Virus record (IMG/VR): IMGVR_UViG_3300036546_000271
Direction: 5' to 3' (one strand)
DNA length: 64,000 nt
Origin: an uncultured virus (IMG/VR IMGVR_UViG_3300036546_000271)
Lineage: Duplodnaviria; Heunggongvirae; Uroviricota; Caudoviricetes
The position numbers and the translations under genes are program-made. The notes below the pieces were generated by a model, which worked only from the letters and a program-made list of their open reading frames with translations, did not search any database and was not told the DNA's origin. How positions within the stretch are numbered: the first letter of the stretch is position 1; every line of letters starts with the position of its first letter. Positions 49,591-59,984 of this stretch are shown here, piece after piece.

Positions 49591-50244
49591 ATGGACGTAT
49601 ATATTAAAACAGACGAGGAAACCTTTCACTTTCCAGTCAATCCTTTCTCTATATCTATCAATGGAGGGAAAAAGTATGACACTTTTGACATATTATATAA
49701 AGGTGAAAGAGATTTTCCTGCAAAAAAGGCTAAAAAAATAAAAACTATGACATTGGACACTATGTTCCCCTTTGAATATGAACCTTATTGCAGATATAAA
49801 AACATTCCTAGTCCAGATGAGGCCGTTAAAAAGATAATGAGCTGGTGTGAATCAGAAGCTATGGTTCGTTTGATAATTACGGACTATAGCTTTAATGAAA
49901 CCGTGAATATATCAGATTATCAAGTTAGTGAAAGTGGTCAAAACCAAAGAGACAAATACATAACTCTGGATATTAGGGTTGTCAACGAAGATGGAACTAG
50001 TTCCACAACAACCATCGAAGGAATTACAGCAAAATCACCAGCTCCAAAATTGAAAGAAACAAGACCCAAACCACAACAGCCTAAAGTATATGTAGTTAAA
50101 AAAGGAGATAGCCTCTGGAAGATTTCTAAAAAAATATATGGAAGTGGCTCAAAACATAATGATATTTATGTGGCCAATAAAGATACTATCGGAAATAATC
50201 CTGGTGCAATTTATCCTGGGCAAAAACTTATAATGCCTGTGTAG
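49591..50244 (+). CDS. XkdP-like LysM tail protein
   Basis: FPVNP N-terminus; YVVKKGDSLWKISK...IYPGQKL. Confidence 0.88.
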   Translation: MDVYIKTDEETFHFPVNPFSISINGGKKYDTFDILYKGERDFPAKKAKKIKTMTLDTMFPFEYEPYCRYKNIPSPDEAVKKIMSWCESEAMVRLIITDYSFNETVNISDYQVSESGQNQRDKYITLDIRVVNEDGTSSTTTIEGITAKSPAPKLKETRPKPQQPKVYVVKKGDSLWKISKKIYGSGSKHNDIYVANKDTIGNNPGAIYPGQKLIMPV

Positions 50245-50249
50245 GGTAG

Positions 50250-51209
50250 GTGAAAGAAATGTACACTGTTATATTAAGAGGGAATATAAAGCTAAATAAT
50301 GTTTTAGAAATATCTTTAAGCGAATCTATTGACTCTATTGCCTATACTGCACATGTAAAAATTGTTGTGCCTCAAAACCTTCCTCTGATGGAAGGAGACA
50401 CTATTGAAATAATTAAAAACGAGGATCCAGGAAAATGGACTGTTTTCAAAGGGGTTATATGGGTCAAAAACACTGATACAATTCATAACAAAATTGGAAG
50501 CTTAACCTGCAAAGAAAGAACTATTTATATCGAAAAAAGCGAAGATGAATATCTCTTTAATGCTGGTACAACAGCAACACAAAGAGCAAAACAAATGTGT
50601 AGAGATTGGGGGATACCTATAGGTAATTTTGCTGATACAGGTATCCCTCTGTCAAAAACGCCACCGAAAATAGATACAATTTATGGCATGATGCTGGATG
50701 ATTTAAGAGAGACCGCTGAAAAAGGAGGCGGTCTTTTTAGATATCGAATGCAAAATAAATTAGACTTAATCCAGATAGGCAGCAATGAAGTTGTCCACGA
50801 TATAAGTGAAGTGTTAGAAAATATAGGTCAACTTGGCAGTCTTGAAGGAGCTATATCTAAAGTCAAAGTTCTTGGAAAAAAAGAAGAAGGAACAAAATCT
50901 CCAGTGCTTGGTGTTTTTGAAAAAGACACAGACAAAATAGGCACCTTGCAAAAAGTTATCCAGGATGAAAAAATCCAAGATGTTGGCACTGCCAAAAATA
51001 AAGCCGAAGCTTTGTTTTCTAGAGGCGAAGGAAGGATAACGGTAAGAGGAACAGATATTCCAGATATAAGAGCCGGAGATAAGGTTAAAATTAATGGTTT
51101 TTATGTGTATGTAACTAGTGTAGTACACAAACTTGGCGAACCAGGAAGCATGGAACTAGCACTAGAGTCTATAGAACAGATAAGGAGGAAGTACTATGCA
51201 GATAGTTGA
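50250..51209 (+). CDS. XkdQ-like baseplate hub protein
   Basis: Position, size, IRAGD motif. Confidence 0.75.
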   Translation: MKEMYTVILRGNIKLNNVLEISLSESIDSIAYTAHVKIVVPQNLPLMEGDTIEIIKNEDPGKWTVFKGVIWVKNTDTIHNKIGSLTCKERTIYIEKSEDEYLFNAGTTATQRAKQMCRDWGIPIGNFADTGIPLSKTPPKIDTIYGMMLDDLRETAEKGGGLFRYRMQNKLDLIQIGSNEVVHDISEVLENIGQLGSLEGAISKVKVLGKKEEGTKSPVLGVFEKDTDKIGTLQKVIQDEKIQDVGTAKNKAEALFSRGEGRITVRGTDIPDIRAGDKVKINGFYVYVTSVVHKLGEPGSMELALESIEQIRRKYYADS

Positions 51210-51603
51210 TGAAATAGCAAGAGAATTGAATAAAAAGCAAAAAAGTGCCATAGGAAAAGCCTTGTTCAACACTGGTCTAGTGCTAGGAACTGTGACTGGT
51301 CCTAATAAAGTAAAATTGGATAATTTCAAATATGAAGTGACTTGTTTGTTTTTAGAATATGTGACCAGAAAACACAAACGAATTGTAACGATATCTCACG
51401 ACGAAATGACAGAAAGAGATTTAGGAGATAAAACAGAATATGATTACTTAGACACAGATGACAAAGCTCCCCCATACACAAGTTATAAGCATAGTTTTGT
51501 GGAGTTGAAGTTTGAGGATGTTCTAAAGGCAGGAGATAGAGTCCTGGTAGCCGTTGTTAACAACGGTTCTGATCATGTCGTGTTGGGGAGGGTTGCAGAA
51601 TGA
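51196..51603 (+). CDS. XkdR-like baseplate protein
   Basis: GTVTG, LKAGDRVLVA...VVLGRV. Confidence 0.65.
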   Translation: MQIVDEIARELNKKQKSAIGKALFNTGLVLGTVTGPNKVKLDNFKYEVTCLFLEYVTRKHKRIVTISHDEMTERDLGDKTEYDYLDTDDKAPPYTSYKHSFVELKFEDVLKAGDRVLVAVVNNGSDHVVLGRVAE

Positions 51604-52064
51604 CAAACCTCTTTCCGGAAAATATGGATTTTGAAATAACAGATATGACAGAAAGCGAAAGTGAAAGTGTTGAAAATTTCAAAAAAACATATGCTTTTGA
51701 CTTTGAAAAAGGAGATTTTATAAGAGGACCAGATGGAAAAATCATTTTAGTGAACAGACTCGAGGCATACAAGCAATGGTGTCAAAAGGTGCTACTAACA
51801 AAGAGAGGTAAACACCTTTCGTATACGCACCTTTATGGCCAAGAATACTACAAATTAATCGGACAAGATATCAGTAAATCAGCAATAGAACTAGAGGTTG
51901 AAAGAATGACCAGGGAAGCTCTTATGGTCCATCCATATACTAAAAAAGTTGAAAATTTTGATTTTGAATGGGATAAAAACGAAGAAATCTTATATTTCAC
52001 TTTTGATGTTATGACAGTTATGGATGAGCTGTTTACTATTGAGCATGTAGAAGAAATGAGGTGA
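51600..52064 (+). CDS. XkdS/DUF2634-like baseplate protein
   Basis: FDFEKGDF, EAYKQW..K.L.T.R, YG.E. Confidence 0.8.
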   Translation: MTNLFPENMDFEITDMTESESESVENFKKTYAFDFEKGDFIRGPDGKIILVNRLEAYKQWCQKVLLTKRGKHLSYTHLYGQEYYKLIGQDISKSAIELEVERMTREALMVHPYTKKVENFDFEWDKNEEILYFTFDVMTVMDELFTIEHVEEMR

Positions 52065-52068
52065 TGAA

Positions 52069-53199
52069 ATGGAAAGAGAATTAAAAATGCCGGATTTTCT
52101 TCAAGAGGACGCTGATACCATCCATAATAGAATGCTAGAAAACGCACCCCTAGATATTAACCTTGTGGAAGGTGATTTTTTTTGGGATGCAACAAGACCT
52201 ACTGCAGAAGAAAAAGCAGAACTTCTACAGATAAAGCTTCAAAATATATTAAAACTTGCATTTCCTCAAACAAGTTACGGACAGTATCTAGATTTTTTAG
52301 GAGAATTTAAAGATGTATACAGGAAGCCTCCCACTAAGGCAACTGGATACATAAAAGTAACTGGTAGCATTGGAGCGTATATGCCAAAGGATACGATTAT
52401 ATATACAGAGTCGTATGACGGACCTTCTATAGGATTTGTAGTTTTAGAATCTACGGAAGTAGATGAAAATGGAGAGGCGATGGTTAAAGTTGAATGCACA
52501 GAACCAGGAGTGATTGGCAATGTAGCTTCAAATACAATTAAAATACCAGAAAAAGATATTCCTGGCATAAAAACAATAACTAATCCGGAGTCTTTAACAG
52601 GAGGAACAGGAGAAGAAGACGACGAGGCTTTTAGAGAAAGAGTATTAGCTGCCTATGATGAAAGTCTAAGTGGATCAGATAGCGATTATAAAAGATGGGC
52701 CTTACAGGTACCAGGAGTCGGGCAAGCATACGTCATTTCAGAATGGGAAGGTTTTGGAACTGGAACAACTAAGCTTCTTATAATGGACTCTAATGGGCAA
52801 CCTGCGAATGAAACATTGATATCACAGGTGCAAGAATATATAGCTCCACTGGTAGAAAAAAATAGAGGAGGCTTAGCTCCTGTAAATGCAAATGTAACTG
52901 TATCAGCACCAGATGTAATTATTATAAATATATCTGTAAGTCTAATCTTTAAAGATGGTTACGAAAATTCTGCAGTCATTGAAAACTTGAAAGAAAATAT
53001 AAAAGAATACCTTAGCACAATTGAAATAACAACTGATGATGAGAATGCTGAATATGTCTATAAAGAAGCTATAGGACATGTCATATTGAGTACACCAGGT
53101 GTAAAAATATATAGCAACTTAACAATTAACGGAGGAACAGATCCAATATTAGTGCCTTTAGGAGAAGTTCCAGCTTTAGGAGAGGTGTCTATATTATGA
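52069..53199 (+). CDS. Baseplate J-like protein
   Basis: GGTGEEDDEAFRER, DYKRWALQVPGV. Confidence 0.9.
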   Translation: MERELKMPDFLQEDADTIHNRMLENAPLDINLVEGDFFWDATRPTAEEKAELLQIKLQNILKLAFPQTSYGQYLDFLGEFKDVYRKPPTKATGYIKVTGSIGAYMPKDTIIYTESYDGPSIGFVVLESTEVDENGEAMVKVECTEPGVIGNVASNTIKIPEKDIPGIKTITNPESLTGGTGEEDDEAFRERVLAAYDESLSGSDSDYKRWALQVPGVGQAYVISEWEGFGTGTTKLLIMDSNGQPANETLISQVQEYIAPLVEKNRGGLAPVNANVTVSAPDVIIINISVSLIFKDGYENSAVIENLKENIKEYLSTIEITTDDENAEYVYKEAIGHVILSTPGVKIYSNLTINGGTDPILVPLGEVPALGEVSIL

Positions 53200-53993
53200 T
53201 AACTTCTTCTAAAGGAAAACAAATGTTTCAAGCAGTAAGTCCTATATATTATCAATCGATTATAATGCAATCTATTTTTCAAGTCATAGGAACAGAATGG
53301 GAAGATATAGATAAAATAGTAGACGAGATATTATTGCAGTTATTCCCACAAACAGCTACTTGGGGTTTAAGGTATTGGGAGGAACTTTTAAATATACCAG
53401 CAAACGAATCAATTCCCATAGAAAAAAGAAGATCCTTAGTAATGACTAGAATAAAACTCAGAGCACCAATGACACCAGCAAGAATATCAAGTGCAGTAAA
53501 ATCTTTAGCGGGTCAAATTGCAGATTTTGTAGAGGTAGTCGAAAACGTTGAACCTCATGTATTTAGAGTTGTTCTAGGAGCTAAAGAAAGCGGGATTGAT
53601 TACTTAAGCATTTATAGAGAGATAAAAAGAATAAAACCCTCTCATGAAAGCTTCTATTTAGGTAATAGCTACCTAAGATCCTTTAGTTTGAATGGAAAGT
53701 ATATACGTGGTTTTTCTAAAATTCAACATACAATAGGTACATTTGTATGCAGTAAAGATGATGTTGAATTTTTAGCCACAAAAGGATATAGAAGAGTTGA
53801 GGATATCACAATAGAGAAAAACAGAATATATGGAACATCGGATCCTTTGGTATGTAGCGAAAAATTAATACACACAACCGAAGGTTTTTTAGATAAAAGC
53901 ATAATGGACCAGCAAGTGAGTAGCTCAACTGGAACCTCAAACCCTTTGGTTTGTAGTAAGAACCTCAAGTATACAAGAATAGAGGTGGTGTAA
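53196..53993 (+). CDS. XkdU/DUF2313-like tail protein
   Basis: QLFPQTATWGL..WE, IKPSH. Confidence 0.85.
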   Translation: MITSSKGKQMFQAVSPIYYQSIIMQSIFQVIGTEWEDIDKIVDEILLQLFPQTATWGLRYWEELLNIPANESIPIEKRRSLVMTRIKLRAPMTPARISSAVKSLAGQIADFVEVVENVEPHVFRVVLGAKESGIDYLSIYREIKRIKPSHESFYLGNSYLRSFSLNGKYIRGFSKIQHTIGTFVCSKDDVEFLATKGYRRVEDITIEKNRIYGTSDPLVCSEKLIHTTEGFLDKSIMDQQVSSSTGTSNPLVCSKNLKYTRIEVV

Positions 53994-55224
53994 TGAATAA
54001 TTATGGAATTCAAAGAATTTTAGACAGTATAGAGCTGATGGTTAAAGAGGCAAGGGTAACATTTTCTGATGGCAACAAAGAAATGATCCCTATAAGGAAA
54101 GTAGAAAGAGAAAATGAAACTATAAGAATATTTTTCTACATCCCTGCAGAGCAAACCGCTCAAACTATAACAAGAGTAGAGCTCATAGATAATAGAGGTT
54201 CGGTTATAGATGAACAGACTGATGTAGTTGAAAAAGCTAAAAGGCAAGGTTTTATGACTGCTTTTGAATACACGTATAGCGAGGTGAATTAGATGTACGA
54301 TATTATCAAGTGGTATGATGAAGTAAAAGACCAAAACGGAAATCTTTTACAAGAAGGAACTTTGCATGATGAAGTCAATATGAACCGTATGGAAGAAGGG
54401 ATATACCAAGCGAATCTATTGGCTTCAATGTTAGTTCAAAAAGAGCTTCAACAGAAAAAAGTATTAGCAGCATTGGAAGGAGAGACGGGTCAAATTACTT
54501 TGACTAATAGCGAAACATTTCCTTTCAATAATTCCGTTCAGACTATAGCAATGGAAAAGCAGAGAGATGCTTTGGACTATAGAGTTTCTGTTGAAGTTAT
54601 ATCTAGTGATGGTGTTGTTGGAGATATCATAATCTCTGATAAGCAGCTAAATGGTTTTAAAATCGAATACACAGGTAGTGCTACAAGTGCAACTATTAAA
54701 TATTACGTCCAAGGAGGCATGTATCAATAATGGCTAATGTTATACTTAAAAGCGATGATAGAAAACAAAGAGAAAGACAAATTTTAAAGGATTTTGGATA
54801 TAGTTCTAATACAGCTAGTAAAGAAGCTAGAGAAAAAGCTGAATATATAGCAGAAAAAACTATGGAAATCAAGAAAAGTTGGGGGTGTAAGTAGATGAAT
54901 GTGATTGAAAAAAATGCAGGTCCTAAGATTGAATATAAACAAGAAAGTGAAAGCATAATTTCATTTAGAGATGAATTATTTTTAAATCTTGAAAAATGCG
55001 AAAGAGACTATCCTGTGCAAATTGATATATGTGAAAATGAAGATGGAATACTAACTACAGGCATTTCAAAGAAATATATAGCTCAAATAGAAATACCAGC
55101 ACGAAAATACAGTGAAATTCCAATACAAGAAACAGGAACTGAAATCGAGGGAGAATCAATAAAGCTCGAGCCAGTTCCTTTTTCAATGGACAATATAATA
55201 TTAACATTATGGGCGATAAAATAA
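53993..55224 (+). other. Four small tail-fibre-associated genes (53993-54292, 54293-54730, 54730-54894, 54895-55224)
   Basis: Three are homologous to 4931-6012; 54730-54894 (54 aa, MANVILKSDDRK...) is translationally coupled and absent from element 1. Confidence 0.7.
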
Positions 55225-55236
55225 GGAGGTTATAAC

Positions 55237-56301
55237 ATGAATTATGATATGCTAAAACTTGCGGTAGAAGGACTTAGTGGAGGAAAAAACACTATTTTGT
55301 TAGATGATAGAGGTATGCCAAGCTTTATGGTTAGATTTCCTAAATTAAAAGATTCTGACCTGGTAGATGGTGCTACGCAGGATACTCACGATGCATTTAT
55401 AGTCGATGGTGTAGAAAAAGACTTTTTCTATGTTTCTAAATACCAAAACATAGTAAAAGATGATAGAGCATACAGTTTGCCACTAATGGATCCAAGGGTA
55501 TATGTGAACTTTGACCAGGCTAAAAACTATTCCGAAAACAAAGGATTAGGATGGCATCTTATGACAAATGCCGAGAGAGCAGCTATAGCTTTATGGTGTA
55601 AAAAGAACGGTTTTATGCCTCGTGGGAATAACGATTATGGCAAAGACGTATCTGCCCCTCATGAAAAAGGTATTGTTACTTATAAATATACAAGTGGTGA
55701 GACTGAATTAGATGGTAGAGTTGCTACTGGTTCTGGCCCTGCAAGTTGGGCACATGACGGTACAACAGATGGAATCTATGATTTAAACGGGAACGTCTGG
55801 GAATGGTTTGGAGGCTACAGACTTGTAGATGGGGAAATTCAAATCATCCCATATAATAATGCTGCTATGCAAGTAAATCAAGATCCAGATAGCACTCTTT
55901 GGAAAGCGATTATGCCAGACGGTTCATTAGTTGAACCAGGAACAGCTGGAACTCTTAAATACGACGCAACTAATGCAGATGGCAGTGGTGGAATTCAAAT
56001 TGGAACAGATGTTGTTAATCAAACAACTGGAGACCCATATGCAGCTCAAACATTAGAAACTATAGCTGCAAAATCTGGAATTACAATACCAAATATCATG
56101 AAAACTTTAGCTTTAGCTCCTATAGACTCTGACCACGGAGGAGATTACCTGTATATGAGAAACCTTGGAGAGAGACTTCCGTCTTTCGGTGGCTGCTGGC
56201 ACAGCGGTTCTTGGGCTGGTGTGTTTGCGGTGTACCTCCCCCACCCTCGCTCGTACTCCCTCAGCAGTATCGGTTTCCGCTCCGCTTATATTGAACTGTA
56301 A
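55237..56301 (+). CDS. DGR target protein 2, Mtd-like with C-terminal variable lectin-type domain
   Basis: Homologous to 6016-7071 throughout; contains VR2. Confidence 0.92.
   Translation: MNYDMLKLAVEGLSGGKNTILLDDRGMPSFMVRFPKLKDSDLVDGATQDTHDAFIVDGVEKDFFYVSKYQNIVKDDRAYSLPLMDPRVYVNFDQAKNYSENKGLGWHLMTNAERAAIALWCKKNGFMPRGNNDYGKDVSAPHEKGIVTYKYTSGETELDGRVATGSGPASWAHDGTTDGIYDLNGNVWEWFGGYRLVDGEIQIIPYNNAAMQVNQDPDSTLWKAIMPDGSLVEPGTAGTLKYDATNADGSGGIQIGTDVVNQTTGDPYAAQTLETIAAKSGITIPNIMKTLALAPIDSDHGGDYLYMRNLGERLPSFGGCWHSGSWAGVFAVYLPHPRSYSLSSIGFRSAYIEL
56176..56286 (+). repeat. DGR2 variable repeat (VR2), 111 bp
   Basis: Matches 56744-56854 apart from 14 substitutions, all opposite TR adenines. Confidence 0.97.
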
Positions 56302-56331
56302 TCTGAAATCTGTAAAACTGATAATCTGAGT

Positions 56332-56351
56332 AGTCCTGCGATAGCAGGGCT
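56332..56351 (+). promoter_or_regulatory. DGR2 hairpin (AGTCCTGC-GATA-GCAGGGCT)
   Basis: 8-bp stem with one G:T pair; same GATA loop and position as DGR1. Confidence 0.8.
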
Positions 56352-56361
56352 TTATATAGCA

Positions 56362-56718
56362 TTGGAGGTTGCAATATTGAAGCAAGATTTCAAGATACTT
56401 CAAAAAACTTATGACATGATACTTTATGGCAATATATGTTTAAAGCAGTTTCCGAAATTTGAAAAACACGTAATGTCAGCGGATATACGAAGTTCCATGT
56501 ACAAATTATTAAACCTTATAGTTAGAGCTAATAAAAAATATTACAAGAAAACTACTTTACAAGATATAGATATAGAACTAGAAGTTTTAAGAACATATAT
56601 AAGACTTGCAGCGGATCCAAAACTAAAATATTTACCGCTTAAGAAATATGAAAATTGGAGCAAAATGCTTAACGAGATTGGTAGAATGTTAGGAGGGTGG
56701 ATGAAATCCACTAAATAG
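56362..56718 (+). CDS. avd: DGR accessory variability determinant
   Basis: Homologous to 7167-7508; EIGRMLGGW. Confidence 0.92.
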   Translation: MEVAILKQDFKILQKTYDMILYGNICLKQFPKFEKHVMSADIRSSMYKLLNLIVRANKKYYKKTTLQDIDIELEVLRTYIRLAADPKLKYLPLKKYENWSKMLNEIGRMLGGWMKSTK

Positions 56719-56743
56719 GTATAATATGGGGAATGGATCGTAA

Positions 56744-56854
56744 CTTCCGTATTTCGGTGGCAACTGGAACAACGGTTCTAGGGCTGGTGTGTTTGCGGTG
56801 AACCTCAACAACCCTCGCTCGAACTCCAACAACAGTATCGGTTTCCGCTCCGCT
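56744..56854 (+). ncRNA. DGR2 template repeat (TR2)
   Basis: AAC-rich copy of VR2; 22 adenines. Confidence 0.95.
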
Positions 56855-57030
56855 CATTTTCATAGTCAGAAGGCAAGCGGCTCAAGGGCACTTGTTCAGC
56901 ACATGAAAATAAGGGGTCCATTTCCCTGCCGATAAGGCAAAAAATTATATTGCTATGAAAACAGTTAGTAGGTTAATTCTCGAAAGGTGTTACACATAGC
57001 ATTTAAATACAACATGGAGATGACGAGAAA

Positions 57031-58170
57031 ATGAAAAGATATGGCAATATATATAAACAAATATATGATTTCGAAAATTTGTACCAGGCCTATTTAGAGG
57101 CAAGAAAAAACAAAAGGTACAGAGCTGACGTTTTAGAATTTAGTGCAAACTTAGAAGAAAACCTCATAGAAATTCAAAATGAATTGATATGGAAAGAATA
57201 TGAGGTTGGAAGATATAGAGAGTTCTATGTATATGAACCTAAAAAAAGGCTTATAATGGCACTCCCTTTTAAGGACAGAGTGGTTCAATGGGCGATTTAT
57301 AGAGTATTAAACCCAATATTTAATAAAACCTTTATAGAGCATAGTTATGCATGCAGAAAATGGAAAGGAACTCACAAAGCAGCAGATAAATTGCAGGATT
57401 GGCTTAGGAAACTAGATAGAAAACCAATTAAACACTACTATCTCAAAATGGATATATCAAAATATTTCTACAGAGTAGATCATGACGTTGCATTAAATAT
57501 CCTTGAAAGAAAAATAAAAGATAAAGACGTGATTTGGCTGCTAGAAAAGATTATCAAGAGCAAACAAAAGCCATTTGGATTGCCATTGGGTATGGAGCCT
57601 GGAGATTGCCCTAAGCATATGAGGTTGTATAACAAAGGAATGCCTATAGGCAATCTAACAAGCCAGCTCCTGGCAAACATATATCTCAATGAACTGGATC
57701 AATTCTGTAAACACGACCTAAGGATTAAGTATTACATCAGATATATGGATGACTTTATTATTTTACACCATGATAAGAAATATTTACACAGGTTAAAAGT
57801 GGAAATAGAAAGCTTTTTAAACAGCCAACTTAAACTGCATCTCAATAAAAAGACTTGCATTAGGCCTATAAGCTTAGGCATAGAGTTTGTAGGTTTTAAA
57901 ATATGGCCAACCCATAGGAAATTAAAGAAAAAATCGGCTATCAAAATGAAAAGAAGACTTAGGTATTTAAAGAAGGCATATGCCAGAGGGGAGGTTGCTT
58001 TAGATGAAATAAATGCAAGCATACAAAGTTATTTAGGGATACTGCAACATTGTAATAGTTATTCTCTCAAAAAGTCTATTTTTAAAGACTTGATTTTTAC
58101 AAAGGACAAAATAAAAGAGTTCGCTAATAAAGGTATAGAGCAAGAAAACTCCAGTGGCTCACAAACATAA
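57031..58170 (+). CDS. DGR reverse transcriptase 2
   Basis: LKMDISKYF, GMPIGNLTSQ, YIRYMDD. Confidence 0.95.
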   Translation: MKRYGNIYKQIYDFENLYQAYLEARKNKRYRADVLEFSANLEENLIEIQNELIWKEYEVGRYREFYVYEPKKRLIMALPFKDRVVQWAIYRVLNPIFNKTFIEHSYACRKWKGTHKAADKLQDWLRKLDRKPIKHYYLKMDISKYFYRVDHDVALNILERKIKDKDVIWLLEKIIKSKQKPFGLPLGMEPGDCPKHMRLYNKGMPIGNLTSQLLANIYLNELDQFCKHDLRIKYYIRYMDDFIILHHDKKYLHRLKVEIESFLNSQLKLHLNKKTCIRPISLGIEFVGFKIWPTHRKLKKKSAIKMKRRLRYLKKAYARGEVALDEINASIQSYLGILQHCNSYSLKKSIFKDLIFTKDKIKEFANKGIEQENSSGSQT

Positions 58171-58184
58171 ATTGGAGGTGTATT

Positions 58185-58439
58185 ATGGACCAGACGCTTT
58201 GTAACGAAAAACATAAAAGAATTGAAGAAAGATTGGAAATACAAGATAGAAGATTAAACAATCACTCGGAAAGACTTGATAAAATAGAACAGCTTCAATC
58301 AAGGACAGAGGCTCAAATTTCTAGTCTCTGCGACCAAATCAAGTCACTTGTTACAACAATGAGGTGGTTTATAGGATTGTTAGTAGGAGCTTTTGTAAGC
58401 TTCTTTTTTTATGCAGTTCAACAAAGTCTTTTTAAATAG
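58185..58439 (+). CDS. XhlA-like lysis-associated membrane protein
   Basis: Coiled coil (RLNNHSERLDKIEQ) plus C-terminal TM segment, before endolysin. Confidence 0.75.
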   Translation: MDQTLCNEKHKRIEERLEIQDRRLNNHSERLDKIEQLQSRTEAQISSLCDQIKSLVTTMRWFIGLLVGAFVSFFFYAVQQSLFK

Positions 58440-58445
58440 GAGGTT

Positions 58446-59162
58446 TTGAAAATGAAAGTGATTATAGACCCAGGGCACGGAGGGAAGGATCCTGGTGGTG
58501 GAAGTAATAACTATTGGTTAGAAAAAGATAAAACATTAGAAATATCGTTATATCAATTGAAAAGACTCAAAGAGCTTGGGATAGATGTAGAAATCACAAG
58601 AGATAAAGACATATATTTAGGCCCTACTGAAAGAACAAAGATAGTAAGAAATTCTAATGCCGACATATGCATTTCAAACCATATAAATGCAGGAGGCGGT
58701 GAAGGTGCTGAAACGATACACAGTATTTTTTCAGATGGCAAGTTGGCAACTATCATTCTGAATAAAATGGTGGCTGCAGGACAGAAAAAAAGAAGAGTCT
58801 TTTGCAAAAAAAGCTCAAGATGGCCTGGAAAGGACTATTATTACATGCACAGGCAAACTGGCAATGTGGAAACTGTTATAGTAGAGTATGGGTTCGCAGA
58901 CAATGAAAATGATACAGAAAGAATAAAAAAGCATTGGAAAGAATATGCTGAGGCAGTTATTAGAGCCATATGTCAATATGCAGATATTCCATACTCAAAT
59001 CAGGCTAAAGAAGATAAAGCAGATGGACCGAGTCCGTGGGCTAAGGAAGCTTGGGAAAAATCTATTAGGATAGGTCTAAATGATGGAGCAGGAGCTAAAA
59101 ATCCTGTAACAGAAGAGCAACTTATGGTTTTCTTCGATAGACTTGGGCTATTAGACAGATAA
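58446..59162 (+). CDS. Endolysin, N-acetylmuramoyl-L-alanine amidase (amidase_3)
   Basis: IDPGHGGKDPG, EKD, ISNHINAGGG.G.E, IVEYGF. Confidence 0.92.
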   Translation: MKMKVIIDPGHGGKDPGGGSNNYWLEKDKTLEISLYQLKRLKELGIDVEITRDKDIYLGPTERTKIVRNSNADICISNHINAGGGEGAETIHSIFSDGKLATIILNKMVAAGQKKRRVFCKKSSRWPGKDYYYMHRQTGNVETVIVEYGFADNENDTERIKKHWKEYAEAVIRAICQYADIPYSNQAKEDKADGPSPWAKEAWEKSIRIGLNDGAGAKNPVTEEQLMVFFDRLGLLDR

Positions 59163-59170
59163 AGGGGTGA

Positions 59171-59437
59171 TTGCAAATGAAAAAGAAAATGGAGTTTTCT
59201 AAAATCTTAGCGATAATTATAACCATACTGTTTGTAGTAAGTATAATTTTTGTATTTGCAGTGTGGTATTTTGAAAACAGGCTTGGAACAGAAATTCTTT
59301 CTTATGTTGCAATGCCTTTTGGCGTTGTTATAAGCGGGTATTTTGCAAAGGCGGGCTTTGAGAACCATAGAAAAATCAATAATGCAGGCAAAGAAATCGT
59401 AAAGTTTAATAATGAGGAGGAATATTATAATGGATAA
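59171..59437 (+). CDS. Small two-TM membrane protein (holin-like)
   Basis: EFSK.I, two hydrophobic helices, Y..KA..EN. Confidence 0.6.
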   Translation: MQMKKKMEFSKILAIIITILFVVSIIFVFAVWYFENRLGTEILSYVAMPFGVVISGYFAKAGFENHRKINNAGKEIVKFNNEEEYYNG

Positions 59438-59750
59438 TAATGCTGTAATAGAAATTGGGACTATCATAATCGCTCTTATAGGTGCGGTTATAACGTATAT
59501 AGTTACACCATACATCAAAAGCAAGACCACCGCAGAGCAATACAAAAATATAGAGTTTTGGGTTAGGTTTGCAGTTAAAGCTGCAGAACAAATATTCAAC
59601 CAGCCAGGTATGGGAAATAAAAAGAAACAATATGTCATTGACTTTTTAACCAGCAAAGGCATAAACATAACACTTGATGAGTTGAATGTATTGATTGAAG
59701 CTGCAGTCCAAGAACTGAATTTAGAAAAAAGAGATTTGACCAGGGAATAA
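59412..59750 (+). CDS. LL-H-type holin (start probably ~59430)
   Basis: Close homolog of 10127-10447. Confidence 0.8.
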   Translation: MRRNIIMDNNAVIEIGTIIIALIGAVITYIVTPYIKSKTTAEQYKNIEFWVRFAVKAAEQIFNQPGMGNKKKQYVIDFLTSKGINITLDELNVLIEAAVQELNLEKRDLTRE

Positions 59751-59766
59751 TCCCTGGTCTTTTTTA
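59738..59766 (+). terminator. Late operon terminator
   Basis: GACCAGGGA-ATAA-TCCCTGGTC followed by a T run. Confidence 0.85.
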
Positions 59767-59779
59767 ATTTAAAGAATTT

Positions 59780-59801
59780 TGATATAATAATTTGATATAA
59801 T
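59780..59801 (+). promoter_or_regulatory. Tandem extended -10 elements (TGATATAAT twice) for miaB fragment 2
   Basis: At 59780-59788 and 59793-59801, upstream of a GGAGGAG RBS. Confidence 0.55.
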
Positions 59802-59831
59802 AAATAATACAAAATTTAAGGAGGAGAATAA

Positions 59832-59984
59832 ATGAGCAAAAGGAAGGAAATAAATGTATCTAAAAACGAACTAGCTAAGCAGCAAATTTATATAGATAAA
59901 ATAAGAAAGATGAACGACGAATACTACAAAAGAACAGGCAAGAGGAAAAAACATCTCACTCTAACGTTCGGTTGTCAGATGAAC
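59832..59984 (+). pseudogene. miaB: 5' fragment of MiaB (MSKRK...LTFGCQMN), reading on into unrelated sequence to 60068
   Basis: TFGCQMN is the N-terminal signature of MiaB-type methylthiotransferases. Confidence 0.85.

Larger units (their letters stand above)
12471..59974. mobile_element. Prophage element 2, apparently complete contractile-tailed temperate phage (~47.5 kb)
   Basis: Integrase, repressor/cro, recombination, replication, packaging, head, sheath/tube tail, DGR and lysis modules in canonical order. Confidence 0.92.
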
